Assembly (NCBI GenBank): GCA_025362975.1
Contig: JANYES010000028.1
Coordinates: forward strand, 640 to 64,639
Direction: 5' to 3'
DNA from: Alphaproteobacteria bacterium
GTDB taxonomy: Bacteria > Pseudomonadota > Alphaproteobacteria > Rickettsiales > SXRF01
Length of the DNA: 64,000 nucleotides
The translations under genes were made by a program, and so were the position numbers. The notes below the pieces were generated by a model. It did no database searches. It saw only the letters and a program-made list of their open reading frames with translations, and was not told where the DNA came from. This document shows, piece after piece, positions 23,967 to 32,459 of this stretch; positions within the stretch are counted from its first letter, which is position 1; every line of letters begins with the position of its first letter.

Positions 23967-25619
23967 TTACTTTCGTTTCTGTGCGTCGCGGATTTCGCTC
24001 AGGTTGGTGGTGAGGCGCTTGAGCGGCGGGGAGCAATCGGTGCGCGGGATGATGGCTTCGATAATGTACATCTCGTCGTTTTTGCCGGCTTCGGTGAGGA
24101 TCTTTTCAAGGTCGCCTTTGGTGTCGACGCGCACCGATTTGCCGTAGTTGATGACGTCGCGGATTTTGGCGTATTCCCAGCGGTGGATGTTGTTGAAGGG
24201 GCCGTCGATGATGTGGCGCTGGGTGCCGTAGCCGTCGTTGTTGAGGATGCAGATGATGGGTTTTAGTTTGTATTTCGCGCAGGTCGAAACTTCGAAGCCG
24301 GTCATCTGGAATGCGCCGTCGCCTACTAAGCAATAGGCGCGCGAATCGGGCTTGGCGGCGATGGCGCCGACGGTGGCGGGAACGGCGAAGCCCATAGAGA
24401 GGTAATAGGCGTCGGAGAGGAAGTTGGAGGCCTGCGTGGTGCGCAGACCCACGGCGCCGAATAATGCGTCGCCGGTGTCGCACACGACGGTGGCGTCTTT
24501 GACGATGGTGAGGCCCAAGATGCGGAAGAAGGCGTCGGCGTCGAGCGGTTCGGCGCGTTCTTTGTCAGTGAGGGGGATGAGGTCGATTTGCTTATAGGGA
24601 TTTTTAAAGCTTTTCGGTTTGATGTCGCATCCTTCGAGGCCTTCGAGGAAGTCTTTCAGCAGCACGCTGTCGTAGGAATGTAAGCCGACGCGGAGTTTTT
24701 CCGTGGTGGCGAGGATGGTTTTGGTGCGGTCTAGTTTGTGGGTGGCGTGAAAGCCGCTGAAGACGTCGGAAAGGAAGGCGCCGAGGAGGATGAGGCAGTC
24801 GCTGTTTTCGACGTATTCCTGACAGATTTCTTCGGATAGCGCGGCGCTGTAGACGCCGATGTAAAGCGGGTTGGTTTCGGAGATGATGCTTTTCGATAGC
24901 AGCGTCGAGGCCACGGGGATGTTGAATTTCTGGGCGATGGCGAGCGCCAGCGGGGTTAAGTTGTGGCGGTGGAGCTCCACGTCGGCGACGATGACGGGGC
25001 GCTGCGATTTGGCGATGCGTTCGCTGACTTCACTAAGCGCGGCGACGAGGTTTTCCTGATCGCTTTCCGGGGCGGGATAATTTTTGATCACCGGCATGCG
25101 AATGGGCAGGTCGACGATGTCGTACGGCACTTCGATGTAGCCGGGGCGGGATTGTTTTTGCACTTCGGTGATGACGCGGATGATTTCTTCGGCGGCGGTT
25201 TCGGGGTCGAGCAGCACGGCGGAAGCGACGGTCACTTCATCGTAAATGCGGCGCTGGGTGTCGAAGGTGCGGACTTTGTGGTGGACGAGGGAATCGTGCT
25301 TGCGGTCGCTGGGCGAAGGGCCGCCGGAGATGACGACGACGGGGCTTTTTTCGGCGTAGGCGCAGGCGATGGGATTGAGCATGTTGAGGCCGCCCACGCA
25401 GTAGGTGACGCAGGCGACGCCGAGGCCGTGCACACGCGCGTAGGCGTCGGCGGCGAAGCCGACGGAGGGTTCGTGCGTCATGGTCATGAGGTCGATTTTT
25501 GAAGCTTCGAGCCAGCGGAAGGTGGGCAGGGCGAAGTCGCCGGGAATGCCGAAGGCGGTGCGGACGCCCTGATTGTAGAGGTAGTCGAAAAGGAAGGAGC
25601 CGACAGTGTGTTGCTGCAT
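23967..25619 (-). CDS. thiamine-diphosphate-dependent alpha-keto-acid decarboxylase (indolepyruvate/phenylpyruvate decarboxylase family)
   Basis: 550 aa. N-terminal TVGSFLFDYLYNQGVRTAFGIPGDF, and TPP-binding GDGAFQM...x...NNDGY motif. Confidence 0.9.
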   Translation of the reverse strand: MQQHTVGSFLFDYLYNQGVRTAFGIPGDFALPTFRWLEASKIDLMTMTHEPSVGFAADAYARVHGLGVACVTYCVGGLNMLNPIACAYAEKSPVVVISGGPSPSDRKHDSLVHHKVRTFDTQRRIYDEVTVASAVLLDPETAAEEIIRVITEVQKQSRPGYIEVPYDIVDLPIRMPVIKNYPAPESDQENLVAALSEVSERIAKSQRPVIVADVELHRHNLTPLALAIAQKFNIPVASTLLSKSIISETNPLYIGVYSAALSEEICQEYVENSDCLILLGAFLSDVFSGFHATHKLDRTKTILATTEKLRVGLHSYDSVLLKDFLEGLEGCDIKPKSFKNPYKQIDLIPLTDKERAEPLDADAFFRILGLTIVKDATVVCDTGDALFGAVGLRTTQASNFLSDAYYLSMGFAVPATVGAIAAKPDSRAYCLVGDGAFQMTGFEVSTCAKYKLKPIICILNNDGYGTQRHIIDGPFNNIHRWEYAKIRDVINYGKSVRVDTKGDLEKILTEAGKNDEMYIIEAIIPRTDCSPPLKRLTTNLSEIRDAQKRK

Positions 25620-25698
25620 GTTTTTTGTGCCCTGTTATGCGTTTTCTCGAGGAGATTATCAGGCGGGATTTGGAAAGACAAGGCTAGTGATTTTACTC

Positions 25699-25806
25699 GT
25701 CATACCCGTGAAGGCGGGTATGCAATCCACCTTGCGGAGCGAGGGTAAGAGCGCTTCCCGGCGCAGACGCGCCTTCGCATTGGGTACCCACCTGCGCGGG
25801 TATGAC
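25699..25806. repeat. nested palindromic repeat element, copy 1
   Basis: Terminal inverted arms GTCATACCCGTGAAGGCGGGTATGCAAT / ATTGGGTACCCACCTGCGCGGGTATGAC, and each arm is itself a hairpin. Sits 2 nt after the rluD stop. A second copy lies at 59007..59132. Confidence 0.75.
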
Positions 25807-25808
25807 AG

Positions 25809-26804
25809 TTAAAGCTTTAAAGCTTTAATAAGATGTTCCAAATCCTGCGGTAATGGGCATTCGAATTTCATCGCTTCGCCGGTGGCGGGGTGGATCAGGC
25901 CTAGTTGCCTTGCGTGGAGCGCCTGACGTTCGAAGCCCATCAGCGCGTCGCGGGTTTCGCGGGGGAGGAATTTGTAGGCGTTGTTGCTCAGGCGGGTGCT
26001 TGGGGACTGGCCGTAGACGGGGTCTCCTAAGAGGGGGTGGCCGGTGTAGGCCATGTGGACGCGGATCTGGTGGGTGCGGCCGGTTTCGAGGCGGCATTCG
26101 ATAAGGGAAGCTAAGGGTGCGGTCATGTTGCCGGGGGTGAAGACTTCCAGCGTGCGATAATGGGTGACGGCTTCTTTGCCGCCGGATTTGACGACGGCCA
26201 TTTTCTGACGGTTGGCGGGGGAGCGGTTGATGTTGCCGGTGATGGTGCCTTGCGGGACTTTGAGAGCACCCCAGATGAGGGCGGTGTAGGTGCGTTTGAG
26301 AGAACGGTCTACGAGTTGGGCGGATAAGGCGATATGAGCGGCGTCGTGTTTGGCGACGACTAATAATCCGCTGGTTTCTTTGTCGATGCGGTGGACGATG
26401 CCGGGGCGAGCGACGCCGCCGATGCCCGACAGGCTATCGCCGCAATGGGCGAGCAGGGCGTTGACGAGGGTCATATCTGGATTGCCGGCACCCGGATGGA
26501 CGGTGAGGCCCGCTTGTTTGTTGATGATGAGCATGTGTTCGTCTTCGTAGACGATGTCGAGGGCGATATCTTGAGCCACGATGTGCGAGGGCACGATTTC
26601 GGGGATGGTGACGGTGAATTCCTGCCCGGTTTTAACTTTGCCGGAGCTGTCGTCGATCAGCTTACCGTTGCATGCGACGCAGCCTTGGGTTATCAAGTCC
26701 TGCAGACGGCTGCGGGAGAGATCGGGGATTTGCCCGGCTAAGAAGCGGTCGAGGCGGGTGCCGTTATCGGTCTCGCCAGCAGTGACAGTATATGAATCAG
26801 ACAT
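25809..26804 (-). CDS. rluD: RluA-family 23S rRNA pseudouridine synthase (RluD-like)
   Basis: 331 aa. N-terminal S4 domain (RLDRFL), catalytic HRIDKETSGLLVVAK, and GRTHQIRVH. Confidence 0.9.
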   Translation of the reverse strand: MSDSYTVTAGETDNGTRLDRFLAGQIPDLSRSRLQDLITQGCVACNGKLIDDSSGKVKTGQEFTVTIPEIVPSHIVAQDIALDIVYEDEHMLIINKQAGLTVHPGAGNPDMTLVNALLAHCGDSLSGIGGVARPGIVHRIDKETSGLLVVAKHDAAHIALSAQLVDRSLKRTYTALIWGALKVPQGTITGNINRSPANRQKMAVVKSGGKEAVTHYRTLEVFTPGNMTAPLASLIECRLETGRTHQIRVHMAYTGHPLLGDPVYGQSPSTRLSNNAYKFLPRETRDALMGFERQALHARQLGLIHPATGEAMKFECPLPQDLEHLIKALKL

Positions 26805-26818
26805 GTGGAATCCTTATT

Positions 26819-27154
26819 ATGGCCGCTAAAGCCCCTTTAAATAAACAAGATCGGGCAAACCCGCTAAGAACGCTAGTCATTTCTATGGGATTCGTACTTG
26901 TGGGCGGAACTATCATGCTGATGGGCGTGGTTTGGAAGAAGGTGAGCGCGGAGACGACCAAGATGAGGCTGGGCGCGGAATGCGCGGGCGGCAAGGTCGA
27001 TTTGAAGGGGCGTGGGCATGTCAGTAACACGCTTATTGAAAAGAATATTATGCGGGTTACGCTGGTGAAAGGCACTGGCGGTATGGAGGTGGTGTCGATG
27101 GATGTTTGCACGGGCCATGTGATGGGTAGCCTTGAGTTGGAAACCGATAAGTAG
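26819..27154 (+). CDS. hypothetical membrane-anchored protein
   Basis: From ATG 26819 (the track ORF begins at 26792): MAAKAPLNKQDRANPLRTLVISMGFVLVGGTIMLMGVVW..., a single TM. Divergent from rluD. Confidence 0.6.
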   Translation: MAAKAPLNKQDRANPLRTLVISMGFVLVGGTIMLMGVVWKKVSAETTKMRLGAECAGGKVDLKGRGHVSNTLIEKNIMRVTLVKGTGGMEVVSMDVCTGHVMGSLELETDK

Positions 27155-27325
27155 TAATTGGCTGATATTTAAACTTATATCTGGCGCGCTTTCGCGTGTG
27201 ACGTATTTGTGACATAGGCAAAAACGCTATGTTTTCACGTCATAAAACCTTAATTTGCGGCATTAATCCTTTTGTGAGATAGTAATGCTAGAGTTAATGG
27301 TAAATCAAGGAATGACCCTAGTAAT

Positions 27326-27889
27326 ATGAGTGAGCAGGACGATAACGAAACCTACGGCAAACACCCGGCGCTGCGGAATTTCAACCGCACGGGGTTTATG
27401 CTTAAGCATGTCGCTAAAAGCGTGCTTAAATGGGGGCTTGTCGGCGCGTTGGCCGGTGCTGTGGCGATTGCCGGCGCTACAATTATGCTGGGTGTCAGCC
27501 TCGGCGGCGCGACGCTTGGTATCGGTGCGTTGCTGACGCAGGTTCCCGTGATCGGGCCTGTCGTGACGGGCTTATTCTCCGGTGCGGCGTCCGCGGCGTT
27601 GCAAGGCGGCGTGATCGCGTCGATTGTCGGCCTTGTCGGCGGCGGTTTGATCGGCGGTGTGATGTCGGGCTCGGGCGCTTCGGAAGCGGCCGATGCGGAA
27701 GAAGACAAATTAGTCGCGAAATACCAGCAGGCGGAAGAACGCCGCCAGCGCTTAGCCGCCCTTGAAAGGCGCCGCGATGAACAGAAATTTGCAATGGATA
27801 AACAAGCTGCGGCACTTAGCAGCCCGGGGCAGAAAATCCCGATGGGCAAGCAGCAGGCGCAACACGGAGCAGGCCTCGCACACGCGTAA
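27326..27889 (+). CDS. glycine/alanine-rich multi-TM protein with charged coiled-coil-like tail
   Basis: 187 aa. About 100 residues of GxxxG/A-type repeats (WGLVGALAGAVAIAGATIMLGVSLGGATLGIGALL...GLVGGGLIGGVMSG), then EEDKLVAKYQQAEERRQRLAALERRRDEQ. Confidence 0.75.
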   Translation: MSEQDDNETYGKHPALRNFNRTGFMLKHVAKSVLKWGLVGALAGAVAIAGATIMLGVSLGGATLGIGALLTQVPVIGPVVTGLFSGAASAALQGGVIASIVGLVGGGLIGGVMSGSGASEAADAEEDKLVAKYQQAEERRQRLAALERRRDEQKFAMDKQAAALSSPGQKIPMGKQQAQHGAGLAHA

Positions 27890-27935
27890 AAACGGTGCTG
27901 GATATGGAATTTAACGTTAAAAGGTAGGTAGTGTC

Positions 27936-28292
27936 ATGGAAGGTATTTTGAATTCGGTTAAAGGCATGTTCATCAAGGAAGACGGCGGTATCAACTGGCG
28001 CACCATTCTTGGGATGGGCGTTGGCGCGGTTGCCGGTGTGTTCATCCTTCCTGAGCTTGGCATGGCGATGGGCGGCCCGGTGCTTGCCGGTGCGCTTGGC
28101 GCGGTGGCCGGTCTTGCCGGTTCGCAGCTTCTGGGAATGGTGATGCCGGGGGATAAACCGGCCGCTGAAGAAGCGCCCGCAGGCGCCGGTGGCCCTGCTC
28201 TCCAGCCGCCCGCACGCGGTGTCGGCCCCGTCGTTCCGCCGCAAGGCCTGCCGCAGGGCGCACGCCCCGATCCGCGCGCCGCTGGTCGTTAA
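27936..28292 (+). CDS. glycine/alanine-rich membrane protein with proline-rich tail
   Basis: 118 aa. ILGMGVGAVAGVFILPELGMAMGGPVLAGALGAVAGLAGSQLLGMV, then a P/A/G-rich C-terminus. Confidence 0.7.
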   Translation: MEGILNSVKGMFIKEDGGINWRTILGMGVGAVAGVFILPELGMAMGGPVLAGALGAVAGLAGSQLLGMVMPGDKPAAEEAPAGAGGPALQPPARGVGPVVPPQGLPQGARPDPRAAGR

Positions 28293-28437
28293 CAGTTTGG
28301 GAGGGCCGTTGATTTAACGGCATAATCCCAGTTTCCACGCTGTAACAAAACCTTAACTTGTTTGTCTTGGCATCTGTGTCATAATAACAGCATAGTAATA
28401 GCTAGTTATTGAAATCGTAGAACTTTTTGAGGAATTT

Positions 28438-29157
28438 ATGGCAGACGCAATCAACCACGATGGTCCAAGCACGGTAGCAACCGTAGGCTCCAAGGCCGTA
28501 AAATTCGGTCTTCTGGGCGGGCTTGCAGCCATTGTCCTTCCAATACTGATCGGCGGTGCGGCAATTTTAGTTGCCGGTCCGATGATCGCAGCGGGCACGG
28601 TGGGCGGTATCGCCGGCGGCATCGCCGTTGGTGCCTTGGGGCTTGCCGGTGCGCTTGCAACGTGGGGCTTAGGTTCTGCGGGTGCGATTATCGGCGGCAC
28701 GTTCGGCATTCTTAAAGGCAGCGAAAAGGTCAGCGCAGAAAACAGCGCGTTCCGTTCGCGTGTTGCCGCTAAAATGCGCGGTGACGAAAACAAAGATCAG
28801 AAAAACTTCAATGACGGCGAAAACAAAGGTCTTGAAGAAGGCTACCAGCTCGCGACGCGTGATATGGGCGGCCAGATTGAACAGCGCGAACAGGCAGCCT
28901 TCCAAAAAGGCCAGGAAGTTGTCGTTCAGCAAATTCAGGAACAGATGATGAAGGCCGCACAGGCTGAACAGGGCGGCGCAGCTCCGGCTGTTGCAGCTGC
29001 TGTCGGCGCTGGCGCACTTGCATCCGCTGCCGTGGAACAGAAATCCGAGAAAAAATTCGCGGACGGTGTGGCCAAGGCGAATTGTGAATGCAAAGCCGAA
29101 GCGGTGCTGCACGAACGCGAAGCAAAAGCGCACGCGCCTGCTCATCACCACGTTTAA
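28438..29157 (+). CDS. glycine/alanine-rich multi-TM protein with Q/E-rich tail and His-rich C-terminus
   Basis: 239 aa with a GAGGAA RBS. SKAVKFGLLGGLAA... parallels KSVLKWGLVGALAG... of ORF 27326. The tail contains QREQAAFQKGQEVVVQQIQEQMMKAAQAEQ and ends HAPAHHHV. Confidence 0.8.
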   Translation: MADAINHDGPSTVATVGSKAVKFGLLGGLAAIVLPILIGGAAILVAGPMIAAGTVGGIAGGIAVGALGLAGALATWGLGSAGAIIGGTFGILKGSEKVSAENSAFRSRVAAKMRGDENKDQKNFNDGENKGLEEGYQLATRDMGGQIEQREQAAFQKGQEVVVQQIQEQMMKAAQAEQGGAAPAVAAAVGAGALASAAVEQKSEKKFADGVAKANCECKAEAVLHEREAKAHAPAHHHV

Positions 29158-29187
29158 TCACGTAACACCCAGCAATAGGATAGCCTT

Positions 29188-29610
29188 ATGGCTTTCTGGC
29201 GATTACCGAGTTGGAGCCTAGCGAAAAAGATTCACATGGTCGGGGCGCTTGCCGCTGGTGCTGTAGCTCTGCCATTCATCGCCGGTTCCTTCCGCTCCGC
29301 CCGCGCTTACGATGAAACCACCAACGCTCCCGCGCCGAAAGATTTAAGCGATACGCTGCCGCCGCTACTGGATTTCGTTCCCAATACGCCGGGCATGGAG
29401 CCTGCCGGTGCCAATACGATGATGGGCATGAAACCGGTCGAAGGGGCGCTTGCCAAGAAAATTAAGATGCAACGCGCCGGTGCGAGCGCCGGACCGGATG
29501 TCAGCTCGCCTAATATTACCAACCCGGCAGGTCTTTCGATGATCGACGGTAAGCATGTGCAGGACCTCAATAAAGAAGCGTCCATGCCGAGCGCCAGCGC
29601 CGCTATTTAA
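29188..29610 (+). CDS. hypothetical single-TM (signal-anchor) protein, P/A/M-rich
   Basis: 140 aa. IHMVGALAAGAVALPFIAGSF is the only hydrophobic segment. Last gene of the cluster. Confidence 0.65.
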   Translation: MAFWRLPSWSLAKKIHMVGALAAGAVALPFIAGSFRSARAYDETTNAPAPKDLSDTLPPLLDFVPNTPGMEPAGANTMMGMKPVEGALAKKIKMQRAGASAGPDVSSPNITNPAGLSMIDGKHVQDLNKEASMPSASAAI

Positions 29611-29662
29611 TACGGCTGCGGAACCATTCCAACTTTTCTTTGAAAAAAACCCCATCGATGGC

Positions 29663-29690
29663 TTGACACGCCCTTTTTTCTTTGTATATT
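29663..29690 (+). promoter_or_regulatory. candidate sigma70-type promoter of rpsD
   Basis: TTGACA (29663-29668), a 16-nt spacer, then TATATT (29685-29690), about 60 nt upstream of the rpsD GTG. Confidence 0.5.
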
Positions 29691-29751
29691 TCACGTCCGT
29701 TAAAAATTTCCCCTATTATATGGGGCGTATCGATAACTATAGGAATGAAAC

Positions 29752-30372
29752 GTGACCAAACGTCTTGATTGCAAATATAAGATCAGCCGCCGCCTGGGCG
29801 TAAACCTCTGGGGCAATGCGAAAGACCCGTTCAACAAACGCGGTTATGCTCCGGGCCAGCACGGCGCGGGCGCAAAACGCAAAAAATCTTCGGATTACGG
29901 CACGCAGCTGCGCGAAAAGCAGAAACTGCGCGGCTACTATGGCAACATCACCGAGCGCCAGTTCCGCAACATCTACCAGAAGGCTTCGCGCCTGAAGGGT
30001 GACACGGGCGAGAATCTCATCGGCCTGCTCGAAAGCCGCCTCGACACCGTCGTGTACCGCATGGGCCTCGTGCCTACGCCGTTCGCGGCTCGCCAGTTCG
30101 TTAGCCACGGCCATATCCGTGTGAACGGCAAAAAAGTCAACATCCCGAGCTATCAGGTTCAAGCTGACGACATCATCGAAGTAAAAGAAAAATCGAAGCA
30201 GATGGCCGTTGTGCTCGAAATCGTGCAGAACCCGGAACGTTCGGTTCCCGATTACATCGAATTCGACAACAAGGAACTCAAAGGCAAATACATCCGCCAG
30301 CCGAAACTGGCCGAAGTGCCGTTCCCGGTTGTGATGCAGCCGAACTTCGTCATCGAATATTACTCACGCTAA
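29752..30372 (+). CDS. rpsD: 30S ribosomal protein S4
   Basis: 206 aa, GTG start. [14 protein letters not shown]...PGQHG...[16 protein letters not shown]... Confidence 0.95.
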   Translation: MTKRLDCKYKISRRLGVNLWGNAKDPFNKRGYAPGQHGAGAKRKKSSDYGTQLREKQKLRGYYGNITERQFRNIYQKASRLKGDTGENLIGLLESRLDTVVYRMGLVPTPFAARQFVSHGHIRVNGKKVNIPSYQVQADDIIEVKEKSKQMAVVLEIVQNPERSVPDYIEFDNKELKGKYIRQPKLAEVPFPVVMQPNFVIEYYSR

Positions 30373-30397
30373 TTGGTTCGAGTATCGATATCAAAAA

Positions 30398-30426
30398 AGC
30401 CGGCATTTATTGCCGGCTTTTTTTTG
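30398..30426. terminator. intrinsic terminator after rpsD
   Basis: AGCCGGCA (30398-30405), loop TTTAT, TGCCGGCT (30411-30418), then T8. An A-run lies on the other side. Confidence 0.8.
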
Positions 30427-30441
30427 TTTTAAGGTGGGTTT

Positions 30442-31692
30442 ATGGATATTGAGAAAGTGGCGTTCGAGACGCTGATGACGTTGCAGGACAAGGCGCATGA
30501 TGAAGGCTGGGGCGCGTTTGAAACCATCACGCATGTGACTGAGCCGGGATATCCGGAGATTACCGAGCGTTTCGAGAACGCCCGCGAGGGGCTGATGCGC
30601 GACATGCAGCGCGAGTGGGACGGGTTTGCGGCTACGCTCGATGATAAGCAGAAGGGGATTTACGATAGGCTTTGGGAAAACCGCAACCGTTTGCGCGATG
30701 AGGCGTTGCCGGAGGATGATCGCGATCTGGTGAGTGAGGATACCAACCGGTGGCAACAGTATTTCGAGCGGTCACTTCGTTATGAGCAGCTGGAGCCGTA
30801 TCGCGAGCTGGAACATCGCGACAGGCATATCGATGGTTTACGCAAGGATGAGGCGAACCCTGAGATAATGCGTATCGACCGCGAGGCGAAAGAGAGTGTG
30901 CATGAGCGGATCTGCCTCGATCTTCCCAAGGGGATGACGCAGGCGGAGGCGATTGTTGTGTCCAACCTGATGAATCAGGCGCTGCTGAAATATAATAACC
31001 GCATGACGCAGGTTTTGATTGCGGGCAAGGAGGATCAGGAGGGCGTGGATGAGATCAGCGCCGGGTTGATTCGCCGCGCGGGGCGCTCGCATACGTACCT
31101 GACGTCGGTGTATGATAGGGATAGCAACCAGTTACAGTTTTACTCGGATAATCGCGACAATTTGATTACGGGCGAGTTCGATGGGGCGCGATTGAAGCAG
31201 TGCATCAAGAATATGGCGAGGGATTTGCGCCACGGCTGGAAGGTGGTGGAGGTTACCGATTTGCTCACGGGCGAAAAACAGAAGGTGGCTAAGAAATCCA
31301 GCTCGTTCGATTTGTCGGACACCAAAGAAGGGTCCAGCGCGGAAATGTTTTTTAACCTGATGGCGGAAGTGATGAACACTACGAACTGGTCTTCGACGGT
31401 GTTTACCATGCGGGCGGCGGCGGAAACATTGAGCGATGAAGGCACGGTGGCGCTTAGCGCGTTTGCGGACGATGCCACTATCGTTAATAAAACCTATTTG
31501 GCGCTGGCCGACGATGACCGCAGGCGCACGGCGAAGTATTTCGCGTTTGAGGATTTTCTGGAAAATGCGCCGAGGGAGCCGGAAATACAGCATGACGGCT
31601 GCATCGCCATGAGTATGGATATCGCGAAGGTAATTCTGGGCGATATCTTGCAGATTCCCGAGTTTAAAGCACCGGGGCAGGGGCGGGCTTAG
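30442..31692 (+). CDS. hypothetical acidic soluble protein (orphan)
   Basis: 416-aa ORF, D/E/R-rich, with no TM segment and no recognised motif. Confidence 0.75.
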   Translation: MDIEKVAFETLMTLQDKAHDEGWGAFETITHVTEPGYPEITERFENAREGLMRDMQREWDGFAATLDDKQKGIYDRLWENRNRLRDEALPEDDRDLVSEDTNRWQQYFERSLRYEQLEPYRELEHRDRHIDGLRKDEANPEIMRIDREAKESVHERICLDLPKGMTQAEAIVVSNLMNQALLKYNNRMTQVLIAGKEDQEGVDEISAGLIRRAGRSHTYLTSVYDRDSNQLQFYSDNRDNLITGEFDGARLKQCIKNMARDLRHGWKVVEVTDLLTGEKQKVAKKSSSFDLSDTKEGSSAEMFFNLMAEVMNTTNWSSTVFTMRAAAETLSDEGTVALSAFADDATIVNKTYLALADDDRRRTAKYFAFEDFLENAPREPEIQHDGCIAMSMDIAKVILGDILQIPEFKAPGQGRA

Positions 31693-31721
31693 CGCAGGCT
31701 TTCGAATTCCTATGCAAAAAA

Positions 31722-31752
31722 AACCAACCCGAAATGTGGGTTGGTTTTTTTA
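31722..31752. terminator. bidirectional intrinsic terminator
   Basis: A8, AACCAACCC (31722-31730), loop GAAATGT, GGGTTGGTT (31738-31746), then T7. Confidence 0.8.
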
Positions 31753-31781
31753 TTGCCGGCCCGGTCGAGGGCGCGACGGCT

Positions 31782-32459
31782 TTACTTCTTCTTCGGCTCG
31801 GCCTTGGTGGTCAGGGTGACCTGAGCACCGGCGAGCAGCTTGCCGGTCAAGGTGGACTCGTCGCGGTCGTCTTTCGACTGGGCGACTTCCTTGTTGGCCG
31901 ACTTGGCCGTCAGTTCGATGCCCTTCCAGGCATAGTCCCCGCCGTTGTTGGCGAAGCTGACGGTCGTGCCGGTGACTTTGTAGTCGAACGGCTTCTTCGA
32001 GACGACCTTGATGTACACGTCTTCCGAGGCGTACAGGCCGTCTTCACGTTTCTCGAAATCCTTGCCCGCCAGCTTGACCTTCTCGCGAAGGCCTTTGATG
32101 GTGAGCGTGACTTCGTCGCCTTTGTTGATCGGGCCGGGTAACGAGCTGTTGTCGAAGGTGCGAATGGCAACGACCTTGCCGTTGACCTTCGCTTCCACGT
32201 TGACACCGCGCCATTGGCACACGGTGAGCGTGCCGCCGGTGAAGGTGACCGTGTTGGTCTTCTCGTCGACGGTGTAGTCCTTCTTGCCGTTGCCGGTGCC
32301 GATGCCGATCATGACACCTTCGGAGAGCCAGAGGCCGCCGGGGCGGACCTCGAACTCGAGCTTGGACAGCTTGACCTTGTCGACCTTCTCGTCATCCGCC
32401 GCCTTGAGGTTGGCGGTGAGGGAGGTGGCGAGGGCCATGAACAGGATGGCGTACTTCAT
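31782..32459 (-). CDS. secreted hypothetical protein, strongly GC3-rich compositional outlier
   Basis: 225 aa. Signal peptide MKYAILFMALATSLTANLKA, AGGAG RBS, beta-rich K/T/V composition. By hand count about nine in ten codons end in G/C. Confidence 0.75.
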   Translation of the reverse strand: MKYAILFMALATSLTANLKAADDEKVDKVKLSKLEFEVRPGGLWLSEGVMIGIGTGNGKKDYTVDEKTNTVTFTGGTLTVCQWRGVNVEAKVNGKVVAIRTFDNSSLPGPINKGDEVTLTIKGLREKVKLAGKDFEKREDGLYASEDVYIKVVSKKPFDYKVTGTTVSFANNGGDYAWKGIELTAKSANKEVAQSKDDRDESTLTGKLLAGAQVTLTTKAEPKKK

